DNA of 64,000 nt from Candidatus Latescibacterota bacterium (lineage in GTDB: Bacteria > Latescibacterota > UBA2968 > GCA-2709665): the NCBI GenBank assembly GCA_965222075.1, contig OZ244937.1:3360001-3424000 (forward strand), given 5' to 3'. Below the pieces are notes generated by a model. That model did not search any database, was not told the DNA's origin, and saw only the letters and a list, made by a program, of their open reading frames with translations. Numbering within the stretch: position 1 is the first letter of the stretch; each line of letters opens with the position of its first letter. Both the position numbers and the translations under genes were made by a program. Positions 57,672 to 64,000 of this stretch are shown in pieces.

Positions 57672-57762
57672 CGAAGCCGTCTCCGGCAACGGAGGCGTAA
57701 CCATTCGCCAGAAGATGCGCTTCAATGACGGTCTCAAAGGCGGCCTCGTTGGTCCAGTTCAT
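57672..57762 (-). pseudogene. hsdR: Type I restriction subunit HsdR N-terminal fragment
   Basis: NEAAFETVIEAHLLANGY; position at the end of the hsdM-hsdS operon. Confidence 0.6.
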
Positions 57763-58010
57763 GGAGCGTCCTCGGACTTCCAGCCTGGGACATTCGCGAC
57801 CATAAAAGTACCCATGTCAGTCAATACAGCGTACGCAACCTGTTCAGCAACGCCCTGGCGTGTGGACAGGTGGCTTCGACGCAGGCAGGTCGCCGAGTCC
57901 AGCACGATCGAAGAAAGTCTTCCATCCCTGGCGAAAACGAAGGACAACGCCTTCGCACGATGACTGCGTTTGTCACCACCGCCTTCGATGTACAGCTTGG
58001 CGGTTACCAT
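57759..58010 (-). pseudogene. DUF4276-like partner of the AAA ATPase, scrambled after the N-terminus
   Basis: MVTAKLYIEGGGD overlapping the ATPase stop. Confidence 0.55.
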
Positions 58011-59302
58011 CGATTTCCGCCCAGTTCTCCCGATGTCCAGAGATCGCCGAGGGTGTAGTCTTTCAACCACTTCGCCAGCCGATCCTTGTCGAGACGGCGC
58101 ATCTCGGTCTGCCCGTCGCGCTGTTCGCAGACGACGACGCTCTCCGGGTGATCGGTCAACGCATCGACAAGCACGTCCGAGTGGGTCGTAACAACCAGTT
58201 GACTCCGCGCGGACGCTTCGACCAACAAATCGCTCAACGCAGGCAGCAGATCCGGGTGCAGCCCCAACTCCGGCTCCTCAATACAGACGAGGGACGGCGG
58301 TTCGGGATGCAACAAGATCGCCAACAGGCTCAGGTAGCGAAGCGTCCCGTCCGAAAGGCGGCTTGCCGGAATCTGGCGGCCGCCCCGCTCCTCGAGGAAA
58401 AGCGCAACGCCCCCGCCTGCCGCCACCGGACAGTTGATGTCCACGATACCGTCATAGAGCGCCTGCAACGCCGCGACGAGCTTCCTTTTTTCGTCCCCCA
58501 GGAACTGTGACAACACGAGCGCCAAGTTTGTCCCGCCTTCGACCAGAAAGTCGGTGCGGTCGTGAGCGCTCGGGTTGCGACGCAATGCCGCCGAAGGACC
58601 GAATGCCCAATCCCGGAACAGACGAATGTCCTGGTAACCTTCCTGCAGACAGTTCAGCGCGGGATAGCGTTGCGCGTCGCGGACCTCCGACAGCACGGAT
58701 CGTCCGGGATTGGACCTCGGTTGGGAGACACTTGTTCTGAGCGTATCAGACACCGTGACGTTGTCCGAGGAGCTGACTTCCAGGTTTGAATCCGTGCGGG
58801 CGCCCGGGTCTTCCTGCGACGCCTCATCCGCGTCCCGGCAAGTGGGTGCCAAGGCTCGATCCGCTCCTGCTTCCGGCATGGATGGGCCGTCGAAAACGTG
58901 GTTTTCTCCACAAAGATGGTAGGAGACGCCGGGACCCTGCTGCGAAGAATTTCCTTCAAGGTATTCGATCCTTTCGTCGATTACTCTGAAGTGTTCTCCG
59001 TAATTGGCGAAAACCATCTGATGACGAACCGAAAGTCCGTCCTTTGGATCGTGAACAATGGCCTCTACACCCGCTTCGCCCGGCGTCCCTTCGCCCTTCC
59101 AGAGCCACGCCCACACGCCGTCTCTCCGAATCGCTTCGTCGAGTTCACGTGGCGCATGTTGGAGTAGCGCGAGCACTTCCAGCAAGTTGGACTTTCCGGA
59201 ACCGTTCGGACCGATGAGGACGTTCAGGGGCTCCATCGGCAGATTGACCCCGTTTGGCCCAAACGACAATAACCCCGAAATCTTCAGTTTATGAATCAGC
59301 AT
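58004..59302 (-). CDS. AAA_21/ABC-type ATPase
   Basis: GPNGSGKSN, LSDGTLRYL, IEEPELGLHP, TTHSD. Confidence 0.9.
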   Translation of the reverse strand: MLIHKLKISGLLSFGPNGVNLPMEPLNVLIGPNGSGKSNLLEVLALLQHAPRELDEAIRRDGVWAWLWKGEGTPGEAGVEAIVHDPKDGLSVRHQMVFANYGEHFRVIDERIEYLEGNSSQQGPGVSYHLCGENHVFDGPSMPEAGADRALAPTCRDADEASQEDPGARTDSNLEVSSSDNVTVSDTLRTSVSQPRSNPGRSVLSEVRDAQRYPALNCLQEGYQDIRLFRDWAFGPSAALRRNPSAHDRTDFLVEGGTNLALVLSQFLGDEKRKLVAALQALYDGIVDINCPVAAGGGVALFLEERGGRQIPASRLSDGTLRYLSLLAILLHPEPPSLVCIEEPELGLHPDLLPALSDLLVEASARSQLVVTTHSDVLVDALTDHPESVVVCEQRDGQTEMRRLDKDRLAKWLKDYTLGDLWTSGELGGNRW

Positions 59303-59354
59303 TCCGGCTCCTCAATTGAAGAAGTCCTTCCTCAACTTTGTTCGTCACCTCTGT

Positions 59355-59594
59355 TTACGGCGTGATCTTCGCAATCACCACATCGCCATCGAAGAACTGC
59401 GAGTAACCCGCCTTGAGATTCTCAATTGGACGAATCGCGGACAGATCAAGCTGTCCTTGCTCCCCGATGGCCTCCATCGGCAAGAAAGACGCCTCAGAGA
59501 CGTGAGCCAGCCGTGCGCGTCTGCTGTCGGAAGAATTTCGCGACGTGAGATAACGAAGGCGTTTGATCGGCCACTGTTTGGATAAGGCGGTCAT
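59355..59594 (-). pseudogene. hsdS: Type I R-M specificity subunit fragment
   Basis: WPIKRLRY..SFLPMEAI..GYSQFFDGDVVIAKITP, then stop. Confidence 0.75.
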
Positions 59595-59702
59595 TCCGTC
59601 ATCTCCTGCAGCAGCACAAACCTCTTACGCTTTTTCATATACCCATCAACCGGAGATCAGGTGTCGTCGAGACCGCTGGTTGTATGCTTCGTTCGTACGC
59701 CA

Positions 59703-60080
59703 TCAGGCAGGGTCCATACGATACTGCCAGCCACGAAGCATCGCCGCACGCGTCAAGTATTTCGCCTTCGTCTTGATTTCCGCGTTAGAATAGTCGCTGA
59801 AGTCAATCACGACATGCTCCGGAAACGGTTCAGGATCAGGCGTTACAGGCAACTCCTGTTGTCGGCACTCTACTACGGTTAAGGCTATGACACCAGCCGA
59901 TGTCAGTTTCAACCGTTGGGTGTAGTGGCGATAGGCCTCCTGAGCCGTCATCTGATCTCCGTCGTAGACGGACAGTTTCTTTTGGTCCTTTGCCGTCGGC
60001 TTGAACGCCTGGGAGGTGACTCTTCCTTCGCGAATCCAGTGTGGGTTAACTTGTCGGAGAAGCAGGGTGTCGGAGGTCAT
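59703..60080 (-). CDS. Hypothetical protein, possible ADP-ribosyltransferase-like fold
   Basis: LLRQV..SQAF..LSVY..PEHVVIDF; ATGA-coupled to the upstream gene. Confidence 0.7.
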   Translation of the reverse strand: MTSDTLLLRQVNPHWIREGRVTSQAFKPTAKDQKKLSVYDGDQMTAQEAYRHYTQRLKLTSAGVIALTVVECRQQELPVTPDPEPFPEHVVIDFSDYSNAEIKTKAKYLTRAAMLRGWQYRMDPA

Positions 60081-61204
60081 ACGTCGCCCGCAGTCATGTC
60101 CTTGATCTGGGCGACCAGCCACCTCCAATCCTCGCCATCGTCACAATTCAACGTGCGCTCGGAAGCGTCATCGGACACCATGTTGAGCACGTGCCATTCA
60201 CCGGAATGGGTTTCGAGGTTCACATCAAACGTGACCTCGTTCGGGTCGAAGGACCACTCAGCTTGAACGCCTCCAGTCTCCGTTGGGTAGAGGTACGGCA
60301 GGGGTGCCTCATCGGGGAAGTGCCGGTCGAAGGCGTCGTGCAGCCAATCGAGGCCCGCGCTGGGTGGCGCTATCCCTTCCCCTTCGAGCCAGCCGTCCTG
60401 CAATAGCCGCAGTTCGTCGAGTTGTGCGCCGAAATCCAGGGGGTCGAGAATGCTCAGATGTTCAATCGAATCGAAGCCAATAAGCTGATCGCCGCGGCTG
60501 AAGCGACCGATGCCCTGAAATAGCGCGCGCATGCCGTTCTGGTATCCATTGAATACTTCGAGGATAGTGTCGAGGTGCTGTGACGCAATCGGAGCTTTGA
60601 CCTTGCGGCCGTCTATCAACTGAATCTCGAAGGTCATGTCGTCCTGATCAGCCTCGGGCACTGTACCTCGAATCGAAATTTCCTCGGTCAGTTCCTTCAC
60701 TTTGGGCGACGCAAGAACCAGTCGCCGCCGTACATCCTTGGTGAGCTTCGCTGTGGTTTTTCGGTCCGGACTATCGAATTCGACCACTTCACCCTCCTTC
60801 AGGCTTCGCCCCAACTTGTCGAAGTAGCTTAGCGTCCTCTCCGGCAAATGCGATTCGATGGGCTGTCCGTTTTCCGCTGCACTAATAGCTTCGATGATCG
60901 CATCGCGCGCGTATCCGGAATAGTTTTGGCTGACTGTCGGGAGCAAGGTCGGTGGTTCCGGGGCAAGTCGGATATCCAGAGTGGCGCTGCCAGGATCGAT
61001 CGCCGCGAGCATCAGGTGGATGTTTCTCGTGAAGCCACGGGGTGACCGCTGACGGTTGGGGTGATCCGCGAGGAACTTGGACTTGGCGACTTCAACGACC
61101 ATTTCTTCCAGCACTGCAACATCTCTCAAGAATTCCAGCGGGATGGAGTGGTCGTCGTAGCGCTTCCCAACGAGACGCAGGCGCATGAAAGGCTGTGCAC
61201 TCAT
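60077..61204 (-). CDS. Hypothetical protein embedded in the type I R-M operon
   Basis: Intact 375-aa ORF, ATGA-coupled to hsdM; LDELRLLQDGWLEGEG..P..YLYPTETGGVQAEW C-domain. Confidence 0.78.
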   Translation of the reverse strand: MSAQPFMRLRLVGKRYDDHSIPLEFLRDVAVLEEMVVEVAKSKFLADHPNRQRSPRGFTRNIHLMLAAIDPGSATLDIRLAPEPPTLLPTVSQNYSGYARDAIIEAISAAENGQPIESHLPERTLSYFDKLGRSLKEGEVVEFDSPDRKTTAKLTKDVRRRLVLASPKVKELTEEISIRGTVPEADQDDMTFEIQLIDGRKVKAPIASQHLDTILEVFNGYQNGMRALFQGIGRFSRGDQLIGFDSIEHLSILDPLDFGAQLDELRLLQDGWLEGEGIAPPSAGLDWLHDAFDRHFPDEAPLPYLYPTETGGVQAEWSFDPNEVTFDVNLETHSGEWHVLNMVSDDASERTLNCDDGEDWRWLVAQIKDMTAGDV

Positions 61205-61923
61205 GACGTCACCTCCCTCAACAGCCGCAAGATCGTTTTCTCAGCCTTCTTCAGATCCGCGTCAATCTCTTCCAGCGGGCGCGGCGGCGTATACTTGTAG
61301 AAGTGCCGGTTGAAGTTGATCTCGTAGCCGACTTTGTCCTTGCTGCGGTCCATCCAGGCGTCGGGGACGTGGGGTAGCACCTCACGCTCGAAGTAGGCGT
61401 CGACATCCACGGCGAGCGGCACGTTCTCGAAATCGCGCAGCCCGGTGTCAGGCTCGTAGCCTTTCTCCCGGCCATCCTTCCTGACCGGCTCGGCCTCCGG
61501 ACCCTTTTTAGTGAAGACATCTCTGAAGAGCTTCTGTTCCGCCTTTTTCCAGCGCGACTGCCGCCCATGCAGAAGATCGACAATATGCTCCCACGTCGCG
61601 TTCCAGTCGCGCAGAGGCTCGCGTCCCAACGCCTTGTCTATGGCCTGAACGTCGTCGAGCAGGTACGGGCAGGCGTCGAGAAAGCGAGCCTTGTCTTCTA
61701 TGGTCATCCGGTAGCGCAGGCGCAGGGGGCGCTCCACGGTAACGCGCGTGTAGCCGAAATCGGCGCTATCGAAGACCCTGGAGCGCTCGCCATCCTCGAA
61801 GCAGCCGTAAAGCCGCACGATCTCCTCAATCTGGCTCGCTGTAATGTGCCGCCGCTTGTCACCAAGGCTGCGCCTGCTCTCCTCGCTGCCCCCGGCCGTC
61901 CAGAAGTCGCGGGCGTCGAGAAG
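61201..61923 (-). pseudogene. hsdM: Type I R-M methyltransferase C-terminal part, 5' end lost at an IS3 remnant
   Basis: RRSLGDKR, FGYTRVTVERPL, LRDFENVPL, YFEREVLPHVPDAW, VGYEINFNRHFY. Confidence 0.88.
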
Positions 61924-61924
61924 T

Positions 61925-62250
61925 GGAGTTACCCCGGGTTTTGTGGACGGTTTTAAGCTTGGGTGTCAAGCCCATGCCTGGTGTTTTTCCTCGTAGGTTG
62001 TGGGTGAGTCGTACCCCAAAGCTGAACGTCTGCGATGTGGATTATACTACCCCTCGATATACGCGAAGAGTGCCTGGAGAGCGACCCGCTCGTACCAACG
62101 CCACCATCTGCTGCCTGTCTGCGTGCCACGCACAGGCAGGCCGAAACTCCGGCGGATAGAGAGGATGCGTCTGAGACGTGATGAACCTCCTTTCTCCTCT
62201 CAAGATAACAAGAAAAGATGGGTGTCCACCAAATCATCGGGGCAAGTCCA
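61925..62250 (-). mobile_element. Internally deleted IS3-family element
   Basis: Inverted ends tggagttaccccggg..gtggac / gtccacc..cggggcaagtcca; orfA start (HPLYPPEFR) and orfB end (FAYIEG*YNPHRRRSALGYDSP). Confidence 0.8.
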
Positions 62251-62252
62251 TT

Positions 62253-62870
62253 TCAACTTACCCAGTCCTCGATGAACCCGACATACTCAGGCACAGGCAT
62301 CATTTGTAGATCTTTGTCCCTAAAGCCCTCGGCCTCTCTCTTCTGGTAGAAATCCGCCATAAACTCGTTGAACTCATCCCAAATCACGGTCCCGCCAGGC
62401 AGACCTCCGATGCCCACCTCAACAAACCAGTTCCTCACTTGATGGACGATTTCCTCAGGCTCATTCTGGTGTCGCTTAATGTCGGAGTTCGACAGATCAG
62501 ACAAGGCCTTTTGGTAATCGTACTGTTCAGTTTCCAAGATCAAACACCGCTTTTGACTCCGTAGGCCGCAAGAGAAAACCCTACAGCCGATGTCGAGACC
62601 CAGTTCGAAGGGCATGTTCATCCTGTGAATTTCGCCCTCGAATGACGCCCGCATCCTCGACAGATCATGCACACTGTATTTTGACTCACCTATCAATTTA
62701 CAGATTCGATTGATCCTCGCAATCCCAGAGTCAAAAGTCTCCGAAGCAATCCTCACCGTCAGGCCTGCTCGAACCACACTGAATAGCAGAGGTCTTAAGA
62801 GAGGGGTATACTCGTCATCGAAGGGGCAGTTGATGAAGACGTTGGTATGGAATTCTCCTCCGTTGTTCAC
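62253..62870 (-). CDS. Hypothetical protein, TIR/nucleoside-deoxyribosyltransferase-like fold
   Basis: VFINCPFD..RINRICKLI..SVHDLSR..NMPFELGLD..SDL. Confidence 0.7.
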   Translation of the reverse strand: MNNGGEFHTNVFINCPFDDEYTPLLRPLLFSVVRAGLTVRIASETFDSGIARINRICKLIGESKYSVHDLSRMRASFEGEIHRMNMPFELGLDIGCRVFSCGLRSQKRCLILETEQYDYQKALSDLSNSDIKRHQNEPEEIVHQVRNWFVEVGIGGLPGGTVIWDEFNEFMADFYQKREAEGFRDKDLQMMPVPEYVGFIEDWVS

Positions 62871-63082
62871 TTAGCCCGTTTCCATTTTTGTATGGATCCA
62901 TCTCGTTTGTGAATGACGACATCCCTACCTTTTGAAATCTTGCTTGCGCTTCTTTCGGCATCGGACTTAGTGCTGTAGATCTTTGAAGCTTTGGAATTCC
63001 CTTCCTTCTTGACTGCCCAACCATCTTTTCTTGAGATGACATGCACTCTTTTGCCACTGGTTGCTTGTGAATTTTTTGCCAT
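62867..63082 (-). CDS. DUF2188 family protein
   Basis: HVISRKDGWAVKKEG..ASK..T..A..VVIHKRDGSIQ. Confidence 0.88.
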   Translation of the reverse strand: MAKNSQATSGKRVHVISRKDGWAVKKEGNSKASKIYSTKSDAERSASKISKGRDVVIHKRDGSIQKWKRAK

Positions 63083-63202
63083 GACAGGTCCTTTCTCTCC
63101 CTCGCAGGTGCTTATCTAAACGTTTGGTGTGAGTTATTTTCAGTGTCACCATTCAATCAATTCAGCAAAAGCCAACCGAGACCTCCCTAACTGTTCATTG
63201 AA

Positions 63203-63300
63203 TCAGATACAGAAGTTGTGAAGCGCCATCTTCGCAGCCAGCCGGACGTGGAAGCCAGAGAGATGGTGAGGCCGTTCTTTCACCAATCGGAAAGTATTGT
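63203..63300 (-). mobile_element. IS982-like transposase C-terminal remnant
   Basis: TFRLVKERPHHLSGFHVRLAAKMALHNFCI. Confidence 0.6.
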
Positions 63301-63390
63301 GAAGTGGAGTTATCCCGGTTTGGTGGCCGTTTAGAAGAGAGGAAGTCCGTCGTGCCGCAGGCATCCTCCACATGGACGCCTCCCGGCGCG
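63301..63390. mobile_element. Second IS3-type end
   Basis: gaagtggagttatcccggtttggtgg resembles gaagtggagttaccccgggttttgtgg at 61920. Confidence 0.6.
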
Positions 63391-63394
63391 ATTC

Positions 63395-63620
63395 TTGGCC
63401 TGCCCTGAGTCCGCGCGAGGCGGCAGAGAACAGGCGCAGCGGCGTCGTGCTGATGACTTCCCGGATGGTGGGGAAATCGTCATTTGGCCAGTGTTTCTCT
63501 CGAGAAATGCGCCATGACCGAGTCGCGGGGCTTTTCCCAGTTTTCAATGTATTCCCGCATGGCCTCTTCCAGCACCGCCTCGACCCTCCTTCCGGGCAAT
63601 CTCCCGCATTGTACCCAACA
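63395..63620 (-). pseudogene. Degraded antitoxin/Doc-like pair remnant
   Basis: VLEEAMREYIENWEKPRDSVMAHF followed by DFPTIREVI. Confidence 0.35.
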
Positions 63621-64000
63621 ACTCCGGCGAGACCTGGCTGGAGAATTTCTCTCGTGACACAGCCATCACGTATACGCCTCTCTATTACGTTCCATTATCG
63701 GATGATGAAGTCAGTGTGTCAAGAAATATCTTGATGGAAATGGGCAGAAAGCGTCACGGGTCACCGCGAGGCAGCAAAGCGGTCGCACAGGAGCGTCCGA
63801 AATCGTTTATCACGCCCGGATCGCTATGTGCAACTCCCGAACTGCGCGATCAGGAAGCGCTGGCCGGCGGCCCTGTTCAGCCTGGCGTCGAGCGCATCGC
63901 CGTCGAGCCTGTCACCCCAGCGATCGTGCTCAGCCAGGACTCTGCCCTCGAAGGGTGACGCCAGTTGACTGACTATGTTGCGACTTTTTCTCGGGCTTCC

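Overview
GC-rich bacterial DNA, probably from an uncultured lineage. A Latescibacterota-like origin is a tentative inference from the DUF6785/DUF6784-type remnant and the sugar, PhyH and RidA gene content. About 1-45 kb is mostly intact housekeeping and metabolic DNA: cysS (partial), ddl, dedA, ispDF, queA, kduD, dinG, a short rel/spoT, tig-clpP-clpX-engB, purA, moaA, a nitrite/sulfite reductase, ferredoxin, trmB and pdxH. Two loci stand out there. One is a stand-alone tetraether-lipid-synthase (Tes)-like radical SAM gene. The other is a selenium locus: senA-senB (selenoneine) divergent from a PhnCDE-like putative selenium-oxyanion ABC transporter, in which senB is interrupted by a single in-frame UGA followed by a SECIS-like hairpin. 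From about 45 kb to the end is a decayed accessory region. It holds REP/MITE elements, IS701/IS3/IS982 remnants and an integron-like cassette array with attC-type cores and a co-oriented integrase remnant. It also holds an eroded type I R-M operon in which uncharacterised embedded genes remain intact and are candidate defence systems. All calls come from reading motifs by eye; no searches were run.
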